Of a stretch of 64,000 nt of DNA, positions 1-14,136 are shown piece by piece. The position numbers and the translations under genes are program-made. The DNA lies in assembly GCA_053919585.1 (NCBI GenBank), contig CM132785.1. One strand, given 5' to 3'. The notes below the pieces were generated by a model. That model saw only the letters and a program-made list of their open reading frames with translations, was not told the origin of the DNA and ran no database searches. Source of the stretch: Euprymna scolopes (taxonomy: Eukaryota). Position 1 is the first letter of the stretch; every line of letters begins with the position of its first letter.

Positions 1-950
1 TTTTTCTTTTAGAAAAATCCCTTTAGAGAAGACACAAAGCCACTTTATGTAAAGGGCTGGAAAGAAAGAAATACTATTCCAAAGCCAAGACACAGACAAG
101 TGTTATATGGACAGATTTCAATGAATTCTATTTCTTTTTGTCAGAGATATTGCTCACGGAATGTGAGGACTAAAGGACAAAATAATGGAAACTAAAGTTC
201 ACTTTCTATTGTCCTGATTGTAATTTTAATATCTGGTCTGTTTACATGATTCCATTTTTTTCTAACATTACTTTCTCTTTTGTTTTTAGAACGGAAGTGT
301 AGTATCGGTTCTGTGGTCAGTATACCATTATCTCAGGGATGACCTTTTACGGTGCATTCTATAATATTTGAAATTTCGAGATATCCAAACTCGTAGTCTA
401 CGCCGATAGACGAAGCAAGTGTTCGAACTATGTCGATATTACATTCGGTTATATAAACCATTTACAGGTATACTTTATCGAAAACGATTCGTTCATTTCA
501 ACGACTCACTATACAGATACGCATTTTTTTTTTGTTTACCATAAAAAGTCTACGTTTGTTTATTTTTATAAATATCTATGATTTCCCATACCAATATACT
601 TATCTATTTGAAGTAACTATATATGACTATACAAATATGCTTAGATGCGCATTCATGTGTTTCGGGCGAGTGCGTCGGGATGCGTCTAAAAGCACGATGA
701 AGAGGTTTCATTAAATCCTCCCTCTAGGTGGGTTCGGCAGTCTGATGTTTCACTAATGCAATAAGATAATGTTTTCCCCGTAATTGAAACACAACATGGC
801 GCTACTTACAAGCAAATTGGCAACGGATGGCACCGTTTCGTCATCTTTAAATGTATACAACAACCTTTTTCTCTAATTGAAAGACTTTTACATTAATGGA
901 TAAATATATACAAGGTAGATACATTCAACTAGCAGCAGAAACAATAAAAT

Positions 951-988
<38 letters not shown>

Positions 989-1208
989 GACAAGGACAAA
1001 GAGGAAAAGATTAAAGGAAAAAGAAATATATATATTGTATCGTTGTACCATATATATGTGTGTGTGTTTGTGTGTGTTTGTATGTGTTTGTGTACGTAGA
1101 TGTTGTACTGTTGTACAATAAACTTGTTATAACTCACTCTGTGTCTTGAGTCTCATTATTTTATACTGATTATATACTCTCAGTGATTACTCATTTATAT
1201 ATATGTGC

Positions 1209-1254
<46 letters not shown>

Positions 1255-1777
1255 GAGAGAGGGTTATGCAATGCGTGCGATGAAGATGTTAAAATGTGAA
1301 AAATGTGAAGAAAAAATGAAAAGAAGTATAAGAAAAAAAAACACGGTATATATGCGAATTGCAGTAATAGAAGAGTAGTACGTTAATCAGGATCGAAGTT
1401 TTCTTATGTAGTGGTGAAGTATATTGTATTGTTTTAGTGCGTTTCCCTCAGATGTTTGTTTAAAAAATGCAATCTGAGTTTACGGTATGCGTTAGATTCT
1501 TATGAGAGAAGGATTACAGTACTTTCGATATATTTGCGGCGTGGAAGAAAGAATTCAGTTTTGATGGGGTCCAACTTTGTTAAAACCAGAATTGTAGGTA
1601 AAAGTGTTTCTTTTTTTAACTAGTTTTATTAGTGAGATTATTAAGTTTATGGTTCCGTGTATGTGTGTGAATGCAAGATTATATATTTTTCGCTGTTTCG
1701 TCAATATATAACAATCATACCAAGGACTGTTAGATGCTTAGAAAGATGACTTGTTTCGATGGAAATGCGATCTGCCT

Positions 1778-1988
1778 TATTTTTGGGAATGCACCCCTAC
1801 TACTTAGAATAATGAACTATCCCATGACGTCACTTCCGAGTATCGAGAATCGGGGAGAGTATGGTTGTCATCACTAGCCCACCAGTGAGCAAAGATATTG
1901 CTCAATTAAATTTTTGATGTATATTTGTTAATAAATATTTATTTAATGCCTACTGCGTTTTCCTTGTTTATTCAACAACACCACAACA
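1778..1988 (+). repeat. 5' LTR of the Gypsy element
   Basis: Aligns by eye with 6445-6706 and ends ...caccacaaca; the 5' TG is eroded. Confidence 0.85.
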
Positions 1989-3489
1989 CTGCTGATGAGG
2001 ATTTTGAACTTACACGAAAAACCCCAAAAAAACACTATGGCGACGAACAAATTTAGCTTTACATAAAATAACTTGTCAAATGACTGTCCACTTTTATGCA
2101 AATTAGACTTTCAGTTTAAAAGAAAGAACGAAACTTCCCATGTGTACAGGTTGGCCTAATTTGGCGCACGCGTGTCGCAGTTGATTAATTCTTTCCATAC
2201 TCAGTTTTTTTTTATTCGTACACAGTTGTTTTTTTTCTGTTCGAATTTTGAATATTTTTTTTTTACTTTATAACTGTGATTGGAAGTGAATATTTTGATT
2301 TTATTGAAATGTAGGCATTATTTTTAGTAAGCAACGAAGCCATTTTTGCTGCAGTAAATTTTCGAGAAAAAATTATTTCCTCTCTCTGTTTACACACACA
2401 AGATGAAAAAATAAAAGACATGTTTTTTTTTTGCCTCTTCGAGATTTTTTTGGCCCGGTTTCAGAAAAAATGTCGACCGCCTGAGAAGGTATCCAATATG
2501 GAAGACTTTAAGGCCATAATTACGTAATTACTAAGGGCTCAGCTGGATCACCAACAAAAGTTGGAGGAACGTTTTTAAAACCAAATTATAGAACAAACAC
2601 AGCGACAACATATGTTGGAGGAGCATTGTTACTTCAACAGAAGGAACAATATGAGAAATTGATACTTCAACAGAAGAATTATTTTACTAAAGTATTTGCA
2701 TAAAAGTGGACTGTTGACTGCCAAGAGTTGATCAATGCCAAAATGTCTACTTCTACGGAAGCTATGGACCACAGAACACAGTAAGTTCGTTGACTATAGT
2801 TTCCCCAGAAAGACGAGCGAGCTGGAATTCTCTGAAGCAGTCAAGCTCTTATCTAAACTCTTTAGCTCGAACAAGACTTTTTTTCACAAGAGATGAAAAT
2901 GTTTTCATCTAGCATAATGCTACAACGACGACTATCTCACTTTCGTGTATATTGCTAACAAACACTGTGACGATTTTCGGCTAGCTGAATTATCAGCGGA
3001 CGATTTCAACCGTTTGATTTTTGCACAGGGTCTCATCTCAGCAAAAAAAAACGCAGAGATAAGACGATGAGTTCTATCTAGACTCGTAAATGAGCAAGGA
3101 CTCACTCTCCAGAAGTTGGCCTAGAATTTCCTATATGTAGTTAGTGTAAAAACGACTCCCGAAACATCGATAAATCAGGCGTGTCATACATGTGAAGGAC
3201 TAGTTTCAGACCAAAAGATTACTCTCATGGGGAAAAACAAACGAGAAGAAAAACCAGACAATAAAAGGTTGACCATAAAATCCGAATTTGCCTACAAGAC
3301 TGTGCAACCGTTATGGCGGGTAATATTGGTCGGTTTGATGTTTTTACAAAAACAAAATAGGCAATGAGTGTGGCAGGAAAGACCACAAAACGACACATTG
3401 CAAAAGGAACAAAAACGATGGGGTTTGACAAACAAGATCTGACAGAAAAATGGAGAAAAACTAGCAGAAATACATCACTGTCAATATCC

Positions 3490-6413
3490 CCAATAAGATA
3501 GTGGAGTTACAGTTGGACTCTGTTCTGGTTCAAACATGTCTATTATCAACCTACAGACATGGAAAAGGTTGAAGAAACCAACCATGCGTAAGGCAAATAA
3601 GTCAGCTCGAGCAGTCACAGGAAATAAAGTAAAATTTGAGGGAGAACTGACGCCCCCTGTGACGTTAAATCGCACTAACCAAAAAAGTGAAAGCTTATGT
3701 GCATAAAACATCCAAAAACCTCTTCAGAACGAATTGGATGGAGCAATTTGAATTGTGGGACCAACCTAGGAACAAATTCTGCCATAAGGTAGAAGACTTG
3801 TCTACAGGGGCACAACGACTGAAGGACGAGTTAAAAGAAAACTTTTCAAAAGTGTTTGATCGGATTTCAGAAGATGTATCTAGGCTACAGTCAGATTTGA
3901 ATGAAGGAAAAACGCCTTATTCGTTTTCAGGAAGAAACGAAATCGATAAGGAACTGTATCGGCTACAAAAAGGCTGAATAATATCGAAAATGAGCATCAG
4001 TGATTGGGCAGCCCCTACTGTATATGTGACCAAAAAGACAAATCAGATTCGTGTATGCGCGTATTTCTCAACGGGTTTGAGCACAGCTCTTTAAGATTAC
4101 CAATATCATTTACCCAAACCAGAGATGGTATTCAATAAACTAAACTGTGGTAAAATATTTTTAAGGTGGATTTAAGCGACGCGTACTTACAGGTACTCGT
4201 CGAGGAGGAATATTCTAAACTCCTCTGCATAAATATGCACAGAAGACTTTACAAGTTTGAGAGACAGCACCTGCGATTTTTCAACAAGTCATGGACACCA
4301 TGCTGGGCGGCCTCGACTTTCCTTGCGTCTACTTCGACGACATCGTTATTGCCAGTAAATCCACCGCTGAGCATCGCAAACACATACATGATTTTTTTAA
4401 AAGATTTCAAATCTTCAGTTTTAAAGTGAAAGACGCTAAGTGTGACTTCCCTATGAACGAGATAAAATACCTAGGTCATATAATTGATAAAAATGGTAGA
4501 CACCCGATCCTGAGAGGGAAGAAGCCATAAAGAACTTGCCTGCTCCCAATAATGTGCAGGCGCTCCAAAGTTTTTTGAGATATGGCTAACTACTACTAGT
4601 AAGTCTTCGCAAAGAACATGCATGACTTGCGCGTCCCACTGAACGAATTACTGAAGAAAGAAAAAATCTGGGATTGGACGCCTGAATGTGAAGCGGTTTG
4701 AGAAAATCAGGGATACGTTAATATCAGATCATTTTCTCACACACTATTATCCAAACCTGGAAATAATAGCGAGTGACACAAGCTCATATGGTGTTGGAGC
4801 TTGTATACTTCATATAATGACCGATGTCACCAAAAAAAAAAAAAGAAACGATCGCCCATGAATCCATCTTGCTACAACCAACCGAGAGACAGTACTCGCA
4901 GATCGAAAAGGATACACTAAGTATCATATTCTCCGTAATGAAATTTGATAGATTCTTACATGGCGGAAGTTTTATGTTGTAAGCCGTGACCAACAATTTT
5001 CGGATCTAAAAATGACTTACCGACATATATTGCCAATAGACTGCTGAGATGGAGTATAATTTTAATGAATTTACATGGAGTACTTGTCATCAAAACAAAT
5101 TAGCTATGCTGATAGCCTGTCAAGATTGATACCTATGGAAAGGGAATTTTTTGGTGGATTCCATTATTCCTGCTCTTTGTACTGACTGCGAAATAAAGAC
5201 AATGATAAGCAACACAATTAGAGAGCTTCCGGTATCCGTACCTAAAATTTAAAAAGAAGCAGATGAGGATGACTTTATCTGCGACATCAAAAACAAGATC
5301 GCCATGAAGAATGACAATGTTCCTGAAGTATTCTTGCTTTGCGACGAGGTTTATTATATGACGAAAGAGTGGTGCTTCCAAAAAATCTCCATAAACGAGA
5401 TTTTCATTTAGGGCACCCTGGAAAAAACGAATAGAAGAGGTTAATGAGCTACGTCCATTCGTCTAACATGACAAAGACGATAGATAGAGAAGATAGGCTC
5501 TTACGCAGGTTGCGCCCTCGCTGCAAAAGCACCGCCCATTATATTCAAACCCTGGCGGAAGACTAGCCCAACCGTAGTCGAGCATTCGTATCGACTTTGC
5601 AGGTATGCTCGACGACCATAATTACTTAATCGTAATCGATAGCTACAGCAAGTGGCTTGAGGTATTAAGGGCAGAATACCGACGACTGGGACAACAATAA
5701 ATTTCCTATATAAACTGCTTGCAAGTTTTGGTGTAGCAGACTGCATCGTGAGCGAAAATGATAGTAAGTTCACGTCTGCAAATTTCAAAAGTTTTTGCGA
5801 CATGTTCCAAATTAAACACATAATTACTCCACACTATCACCCTGATCGAATGGGGAAGTGAAGCACTTTGTGGACATTCTCAAAAGAGCACCAAAGAAGG
5901 CTCTAGGGAGTCCAACGGATGAAGCCGTTAGATAATTCCTACACGTGTATAGGATTACACCTAATCCTAAAACCCAATAGTGGCCTCACTAGCGGAAATT
6001 ATGCTTGCACGGAAAGTGAGATCCGTGTTTGACATACTCTTACCAAAACAGTCAAGACCACAAGTGACCACTTGCGTACCCAGTAAACGTTTGATGCCAG
6101 GAGAGAGAGAGTTTTCTTTAAAAGTTACAAAAGTAACACCTCATTCTGGGATGTGGGTACGATCAGTAAGAGAATCGATGATATGGTATTTATCGTGCAA
6201 GGACCGAAGCATAACCGTCACCAAAACCAATTAAGAAGATGTCGCGAAGATGATACCAGCAATACACCAGCGTTGAAGAAAGAACTGATCGACACTATTT
6301 TCGATACATTTCATCTCGAACCTCCTCAAACAGCACCTGAACTAAGACGGTCGGTTCGGAAAAGAAAGGTCACCGATCCACTAATGATCGATCCTAAACG
6401 TAAGAAGTATTAA
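3490..6413 (+). pseudogene. Gypsy pol pseudogene (protease, RT, RNase H, integrase) with many stops and frameshifts
   Basis: Fragments VELQLDS (protease), SDWAAPTV, DLSDAYLQ, VYFDDIVI (RT), IKYLGHII, SDTSSYGVG and YSQIEK (RNase H), IDSYSKWLEV and TPHYHP (integrase). Confidence 0.9.
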
Positions 6414-6444
6414 CAGCTTTTACGAACAAAAAGCTTGGGAGGGA

Positions 6445-6706
6445 TGTATTGGGGAGGCACCCCTACTACTTGGAATAATGAACTATTCCATGAAGTAACT
6501 TCCGTCCATGAAGTCACTTCCGGGTATCAAGAACCGGTTTACGAGAGGAGTCAGAGACAGACACGCGGAGCGTATGATTGTCAACACTTGTCCACTAGTG
6601 AGCAAAGATATTGCTCAATTAACTTTTTTGTGTTTTTGTTAATATATATTAATTTAATTGTTGCTTCGTCTTCCGCGTTAATTATTCAACAATTAACACC
6701 ACAACA
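6445..6706 (+). repeat. 3' LTR of the Gypsy element
   Basis: TG...CA termini (tgtattgggg...acaaca) directly after the polypurine tract. Confidence 0.9.
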
Positions 6707-7018
6707 CTTTTCTAACTTACGTAATAACAAACTCAGATGTCTTGTTTGTTATCTTTACCAATTTTTTCTATATGGCTTTTGCCAATTTACGAATCCTCTA
6801 ATGACATGTTTGGAATTACTTCATTGATATGTAATGGGCGCTCAGACCCAGGCTTTTCTTTCAAATTCAAATACACGGAAGTTTATAAACCAATGTCCTA
6901 CCTGTCGATGATAAGCTTCATATTGTCTTTACCGTATCTACAGCACTCTTTTCTGATTTTAACGCCTACAACATCAGATGTCGAATATGTAGCTTCAGTC
7001 CTTACATAGTAAAATTTA

Positions 7019-7522
7019 TCTATTTATCCATAAAAGTGGCAATGTGCGTTAGGACACTTCTTAACCCATATACTCAACGAATATTTGATCTACAGACTTG
7101 AAATTTAGTATATAATAGAGTCAGATGAGTGACAAACTTTTTAATCTGTTTTTCTTCCGAAAAAGGGGCTGATAAGGGATCATAATTGAAAAAATTGGTA
7201 CGTGGGAGGGCATCGGATTTTTAGCTGTTTTTCACTTGTTTCACAAATCCGCATGCGCGGCCGGAAAGCATGACAGCTTCTTTATGTTAAGAAAAAGTAG
7301 ATTTAAAAACACCTTTTCTTGATTGCGTAAAACTGGTTTAATGGTTATCGTACTTGGCTCAAAGTCTTCAGGTTTTAGTTACAATATCAGCTTGAGGGTT
7401 TTTTCTTGCTTAGAAGGAGTGAACTGTTAGAAAAACCATAATACTAGGATGCGCATATCTCAACACTTGTATTAATTAAAGTATAATATGTATACGTATT
7501 TTACATCCGGGTGATCTGCTAG
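7019..7522 (+). mobile_element. Non-autonomous Helitron, family A, with internal tRNA-like segment
   Basis: 5' TCTAT..., 3' ccgggtgatctgCTAG|t; homologous to 14569-15386 and 46070-47428. Confidence 0.75.
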
Positions 7523-7749
7523 TAAATTTTACTGCAACACACATGTCGTAACACTGAAAAAAAGACAGAAAGTCATTTTATTAAAATTTAGTAAACCACA
7601 AATTGAGATGTTTTAAAATCTAAATTGTATCACTTAGATCAAACATTATTCATAACTCAATCTAATAGATACATACCTACATAAATGCATACATAAATAC
7701 TAAAAACATGTTGTAGAATAATAATGTCCAATACCTACAAACACACAAA

Positions 7750-8100
7750 CACATGGCAGGGAGACCAGACGTTGCTTGGGATTCAATGAGGAGCAGCAAA
7801 TGTTCCACACTTCCAATCGTCACTGAAATCGTCATCGAAATTTATTGTCATCGAAATCGATGAAATTGCATATTTTTAGATTTAATCAATTGATTGTCTA
7901 CTCTGAATGAGGATTCAATGCGATGCACTGGGAGGACACTTTAGATACTTACCCGCAGCGATTTAGTCCACAATACATTGTAGTCTAGCTGTTGTTGATT
8001 TTATAAAATTATTTTTATATAATGGTTTCAATCAAGTTTAAAATACAAAAGTTCACGTTTCAATTGCGCCCTAAACAGAAACCTTCATTTCGGAGTTTAA
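7750..8100. repeat. Dispersed repeat of unknown class; further copies at about 16590-16880 (same strand) and 36335-36520 (inverted)
   Basis: Shared blocks such as attgtcatcgaaatcg, ccacaatacattgtagtcta and aacagaaaccttcatt. Confidence 0.7.
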
Positions 8101-9599
8101 AAGTTTCTGATGAGTTCTATTATAGATAATATAGATAATAGTAGGTTTTGTCTCTCAGCCATTTAGTAACTTAAAATCTCTAAAATTAATCTACATAATT
8201 GCGCCAGATTAAGCTTAAAGTAATGTTAAGATATTAAAGGGTAATGCGAATAGACATCTCCATGTGAAACTCTTTATAAGCATGGTACTTTATGGTATAA
8301 TGCTATATTCGCCGCTATACGCAAACAAGAGATTGTCTGGTGAATTTATAGCACCTTTGAGCGCACTCGACGTCAATAATGCCTACTAATTCGGTAAGCA
8401 GTGAGATCCTATCCCTTCATTATTGAGGCCCATAGATACCGTTAATTCTTCTATTCTATTTTTTTCTTCTTGGGACTGCTAGACTTTGGAATTCCTTCCC
8501 TATTCCCTGTTTTCTGTTTCCTGCTTCCATTAGTGTACCAACATTTTGGAGTTTAAATGAAATGCGAACAAACATCACGCTGCCAAATTCCTCACATGAT
8601 TTTAAATAGTAGTCCCTTACATTTCAGTGGTAATATGCGTTTTTGGGTAATAAGAGTAAAAAAAATCGTTTTCAAATAAAGTAAAGATATATGAGAACAG
8701 CAGTCCGAATAATTCAAATTGTAGAAAATAGTCTTTCTTCGCATTAGTTTCTGTTCACACTTCTCTTCGTTCGGTCTTATATCTGGTTTGTATTCGCGTT
8801 AGAATTTTGTTTCTTCTGCTCTGTAAACAATTTTTATACTTAAAATAATATTCCTATTTTTGGTTCCAAATAAACACACCAGATTTTCCCATATTAGTAA
8901 GGATATCGATTGATGGTGCATGGTTATCGCTGTGTGAAGGAAAGTTGGTAAATGCCTTCTGGAAATGAGTTGTGCATTTTGCGTCGACAGATCAGACTCT
9001 TTCCAAAGACACTGTCCGCACCTTTGAATGTCTTTACCTGACACTAATTGGACAGAAGAAACGGCGAGCAAGAGGACAGCTTCTCAGCTCGTCTTCATAC
9101 ACAACCAGCCGCCGTATGGTGCATTACTGACAACCCTATTTGACACACAACAAAATGGCGCACCTTTCGCCCAAAGAGGTTTGCACTGGAGACTTATAAC
9201 CACATACGAGGAATAAGTTTCCAAAATCAATACGTATATACAAATATACCCCCGTATATTATACGTGTTTTACGTATGTGCTTGTATTGCTGCCCGACAT
9301 TTTGTGTCTGTCTATGTATAAATGATATATCGCATATATATGGGTCTTTGTCTATGGGATATATCTATATTCTTATAGTATCAGTAATGTCTATACATTT
9401 ATATAATTAGATAATATTCATTTATAAACTATTTAAATGATCATCACGAATTTTTGGACACAACTGCCAGGTTTAATGCAGTTTAATTTAGTTTTATGCA
9501 AAAGGAGTGCCCACGTGATTAAACTGAGTCACTCTTGTCTGACGGGTTGAAGAGTACCGGTTTGAAAGAAGGTAGACTAGGAAGCCATCAAGTATCACA

Positions 9600-11620
9600 T
9601 CAGAAACTCCCATGGACTAGTATATTTTCACTTTCTGTGGAACAATATAAAAATGAGGCTATTAAATGGTTTAAAACAGCAATTGAAGCGCATGTTCCCA
9701 CACGCTAGTTCTATAACAAATCCCAGTTTCTCCAATCGTTCGATTCTATTTGTGTAGCTGCCATTACCCAAGGGCAGTATGCATTCCACTGACGTATCTG
9801 ATATAAGTCCAGTACAAATAGGTGAGATTATATACAAGCTAGAAATAATTATAAGAGTGAAATAGCCACTGCCAATAGAAAGCATATTGAAGTAACCAGA
9901 AAACGTATTGAATTGCAGAAAATAGGAACTCGTGATTTCTGGTTAATCTATAACAGTGTAGTAAGTAATGGACAATCAAACACCCCCCGCCCTCATTACA
10001 CAATAACCTTGAGATTGTTTGCACGACAATCGAGAAAGCAAGTCTGCTTGCTCATTGGTTTGCCTCTAATTTCACTTTAGACTCAACAAACCACTAAATT
10101 TCCCTTTACAGATAGAAGACACACTCGATAATTTGAAAATCCCATGTTCGTGATGAAATAAACAAAATTCAAGACATCTCGAAGGTGGGTGGGCCTGCTA
10201 TCATACCTGTGTACTATTATAAAAATATTCCGCTGAGATTGCCTTATTTCTATTCTCTTCACACTTAAAACTTGTTGGTATGCTTACCGAATATTTTTTC
10301 TTGACTGATGGAAAATTATGTCTGTTGTATCAGTTTTCAAGAATTCTGGTGAAGGATTTGGCTCGTCCCATAAGCTTTTTTCCTCTTTTCGCCAAAATAT
10401 TGCAGTCTTAAATCAATTAAGTACTTGTCAATAATTTTTAATTAAACCTTTAAATTAAACCTCTTTCCGGCCGACAGTATGGATTAAGGCAAGCCCGTTC
10501 TACCGAATGTATCCTAACTGTAATCTCAGAACGTATGCACCACACACTGCATAAGGCAGGAGAGCATAGGGCTGTACGATGGTCTTCTCATGAAAATCAA
10601 ATCATATAGTATTAATTGATGAATACTTAACATAATCAACTCATCCTTAGATAAGAGAAAGATCCAGAGTTCCTTGTTGGTCGTACATAAAAAACAACAT
10701 TATATAAATATATATTTATAATTCCTGATATTCATAAGTGAACTCCCTGACAAAAGTGTTTCCGAGATAAGTATATTTGTTGATGAGACTACGCTCTATA
10801 GCAAACTTGAGCGAAAAACGAATGAACACGTATCTAAAGAAATGGCTAAAACCTTGGAGGATGGAAATTGATAGTAACATTCACTGCTACCAAGATCAAA
10901 CGTCTTTCCTTTAACAATTACAAGAAACCATATCAACCACTGATTGCCATGGCTAATGATACACTACCTGAAAGTACTTTGTTCAAAGTCCGCGGCTCAA
11001 CATTAACAGGCAACATGAGTTAAATAAACAGATTGAGGACATTGCCAAGGCTGCTGCGAAAAGGGTGTGCTTTCTCTACCTTGTTAAAAAAATACTCACA
11101 CCTGAGAGTATACTTTATTTCTTCAAAGACACTATTCGCCCATGGACGGAGTATTGTTATCACATTTGAGCTGGTGCATCTGCTACTAGTCTATTGTCTT
11201 TTAGGGTTCAAGAATAAGTCGCCAACCTAATTTGAGCATCACTAACAACCAAACTTTAGTCTGTCTGCCATTGCTGAAATGTTGCATCTCTGTGTTTTAC
11301 AAGTATTTTAATGGACTCTGGTTCGACGAACTTAAAACACTTGCACCCTTTCGGCGTAAATACCCCCGACTAAGCCGAAAGCAGCAAAATCCCATCAATA
11401 CGCTCTAGATTTTTAGATCCCAGAAAACCTTCTACTCAAATAGTTTTTTTCCCCGAACTGCTAGACTTCGGAATTACCCCTCGGATCCCTTCATTCTTGA
11501 CTTTACTGTTCAAGTGTAATGTAAACAGGCACCTCGCTGCTCAACTCTCTGCATATTATTCCTGCAAATTTAGTTGCAATTAAGTCAAGTGGCACCGTGC
11601 CTTGTTTGGGGTTAAATAAT
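9600..11620 (+). mobile_element. Heavily decayed CR1/L2-group LINE, family B
   Basis: RT-region remnants (gaactcgtgatttctgg, cagttttcaagaattctggtga, gtattgttatcacattt); 3' end gtggcaccgtgccttgtttggggtt shared with the copy at 45055-45845. Confidence 0.8.
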
Positions 11621-12139
11621 GAAAACGAAATATATGAAGGCTCTTATGCAAATTCAGATACCTCTGATTTCTGCGAAATTTTAACAATGGGTATTAAACA
11701 TTAATTAATAGATATTCCTCCAAGTTTAGTTTTTCTGTTATTTTAATGGGAGTTTAAGAGGCATAATATTTAATGGGGGAGTTTAATAGGTAGATTATTA
11801 AAATCTTACAAACAATTTGCGGAAAGAACATCATTTTACTTTTTTTCACCATTTACTGAAAAATAAATAAATTATATTTTATTCTGTGTTTAAGATATTT
11901 TATGGAAATAGCTTCCAACAAGGCATGAAACCACCAAGTGTAAGGAGCTAAAAGCATTACTTCAAGGTCAAAACTAATCAACAGGTGTGTGATGCATCGA
12001 TTTCGACTCAGAAAATAACAACCTTCTCTCTTTTGTCAGAAACATTGTGAGGGAAGCGAGAGTTATGAGGATGCTGAAGGTTCGCTTATTACTCTCTTCA
12101 TCACTTTTATTATTAATCACTCATAAGTAAGATGTGAAC

Positions 12140-12807
12140 AGCTTGGTTCATTACTGTTTGCATGTTATATGAATACGCTCTAAGATATCAAGGCAACAAC
12201 TATTCACAATCGAAATAGGTATAAAAGAAAAACTTGAAAGTGCCACCAGTTTCTTAATGTCGTATGTTGAACAACTTTAGTTGTCAGAGGCATACCATTT
12301 TGAAGCATTGGGACGGTGTTCAGTTACTCTAATTATCATTATTACCAGTTCTTCCTCACTGCCACTTACTCACAGAAGGGGCATTTCTAACTTTTCGATA
12401 TTCTATCGTTTTTATATAATAGGTTCTCCATTGAGTTCCAATCTTTGATTCTTCCAGCAAAACATTTATGAGAACTCGTTTCCAATCATCAATGAACGAA
12501 GTTTCAGTTTTTTCTTCTTCTGCTTACATTAAACAAAAGTGGAATCTTGATTAACAAATGTTTTTCCACGAACTTATCTTGTACGGCACACGTTACCTCG
12601 AATCTAATTCCTGGCAGATCAACACATAGATATTTCCAAGTTCTATGTATGCAAATACTTGTCATCGAGTTGTCCTCTTAATCAGTTTTTTTTTCTCAAA
12701 TTCGTTTATCCTTTTAAATCTTCTCGTTGTATTGCTCATCGTCACAATATAAATCTTATAAACCATTATACTCAAGTAATTCTCGCCTTTGTAAATAGCT
12801 ATAAAAG
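12140..12807 (+). mobile_element. Old LINE 3' remnant (CR1/L2 group)
   Basis: Translates to LPLTHRRGISNFSIFYR, matching the LQPLSHRRDVASLSLFYR motif of the intact copy. Confidence 0.6.
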
Positions 12808-13465
12808 AGCACTATGAGTGCGTGGGAAAATATTAACAGCAGTCAAAGAAGAGAAAGTAAGAGATTGCATTAGCAACAAGAACACCGTTTGTACGTGGAT
12901 GCAAATTAATAAGTGCTCACGAGCTGGCGATGAGGAAGAAATAGGTCAGCGTCAAAAGAGACTGATGTGTAAAGTGAAGGCGAGCAACATGCCGTCGGAA
13001 GAAAGAGAAAACTACCAGATTAAATGGACATGTGGCAAGAGAAGTTTTGAGTTTTGTCGAGACGTGAGAGTAACGGGAATAAATGCTTTTTGTTTAAAAA
13101 AGAAAAACTGCTGACCCAGATATTTTTATGTTTTATTTTTTGATTTTCCTTTTCGACGGCGAAGGGGTCCGAGAGAGGTTTAAAATATAACGAACACGGT
13201 TTGAGCGTAACGGCTACGTTACATAGCGATTATTAATATAAAACAAATCATGAACAGATATTTCAGGATATTGTGAAAATTAAGCATAAATAATTTAATC
13301 GCTGAGTTTGGTATAAAATAAACCAAAAAAATGTTGATATTCATCCAAATTAAACAAAGAAATTGAATTATTTGGATTATTCGTATTTTTATCTTGCATG
13401 TTATTCTCAAGACCGACATTCTTTACGTGTATTTTGTTGAACTTGCGAATTTTCAGTCAAACTCT

Positions 13466-13512
13466 CGCATCTGAAGAAGGTCGGAGATTAAATTGGCCTA
13501 AACATTGTAAAC
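13466..13512 (+). ncRNA. Degenerate Penelope-type minimal hammerhead motif
   Basis: CTGAAGAaggtc...ggccTAAACattg; the G of GAAAC is mutated. Confidence 0.45.
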
Positions 13513-13744
13513 ATAACGCACTAAGCGAAAACTAGTCCGCAAGGACCCGTGCTGTAACGGATAAAATACTTTGTAGTTTCACTTCTAAGGACACTGTTCT
13601 AAAAGGCTGAAAGTCCAATCCTCAATGCAGACAATACTAATAATAGAATTGCAAATTATTTAAGATTTCTATCCTGTCATGGCTGACGGAACGAGAGCAT
13701 GCTACCTCTGTGCGTTAACTAAATAGTTACGTTCGAAATTTCAT

Positions 13745-13865
13745 GTAGATTCTCGAGTTCGACAGATAGATTTCAGAGTTCGACAAGATACACTTGAAGA
13801 ACATCGGAGGTTACATCGGTTAAAACGTTGTGAGGATGTCCAAATAATTCAAATAATACAAGTTA
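13745..13865 (+). repeat. Degenerate Penelope-like terminal repeat with eroded hammerhead core
   Basis: ctcgagttcgacaagatacacttgaagaacatcggagg...aaaacgttgtga, same layout as the 20657 and 49770 elements. Confidence 0.5.
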
Positions 13866-13957
13866 TCAATCGTCATTTCAAAAATTCATACAGAAATATA
13901 CATGGTAAGCATAGAACTTGGAAACAATAGCATATGAGAGCACAAATCGATTATCAC

Positions 13958-14136
13958 TAGGGCTATGACAACAGCATATTCTTTTCATTGGTTTTACTCT
14001 CGAGTATATATCTGATACAGTTAGACACAATTAATCAACTGAGAATCACATTACTCTACATAAAAACATATGATATCAATAGATATATTCCTGAGAATTA
14101 AAACTATGAAAAGAATATGCTGTTGTTATAGCCCTA
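13958..14136. mobile_element. MITE with about 55-bp terminal inverted repeats, probably hAT-type
   Basis: tagggctatgacaacagcatattcttttca ... tgaaaagaatatgctgttgttatagcccta; flanks attatcac / gtgatcac resemble a degenerate 8-bp TSD. Confidence 0.65.

Larger units (their letters stand above)
1778..6706 (+). mobile_element. Full-length decayed Ty3/Gypsy LTR retrotransposon (gag-PR-RT-RH-IN order)
   Basis: Two homologous LTRs (gcacccctactact...gtgagcaaagatattgctcaattaa...acaccacaaca); PBS-like ctgctgatgagga after the 5' LTR; PPT aagcttgggaggga before the 3' LTR; RT/RH/IN peptide fragments between them. Confidence 0.93.

Noticed and set aside
290-467. Exon-like segment between a polypyrimidine-AG and CAG|GT
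   Set aside because: Stops in all three frames and no recognisable product
896-1262. ORFs rich in HT/YI/ER/CV repeats here and throughout the window
   Set aside because: Translations of (CA)n, (TA)n and (GA)n microsatellites
1990-2025. CTGATGA...GAAA resembling a hammerhead core
   Set aside because: No stem II or III pairing; its position right after the 5' LTR identifies it as an eroded primer-binding site
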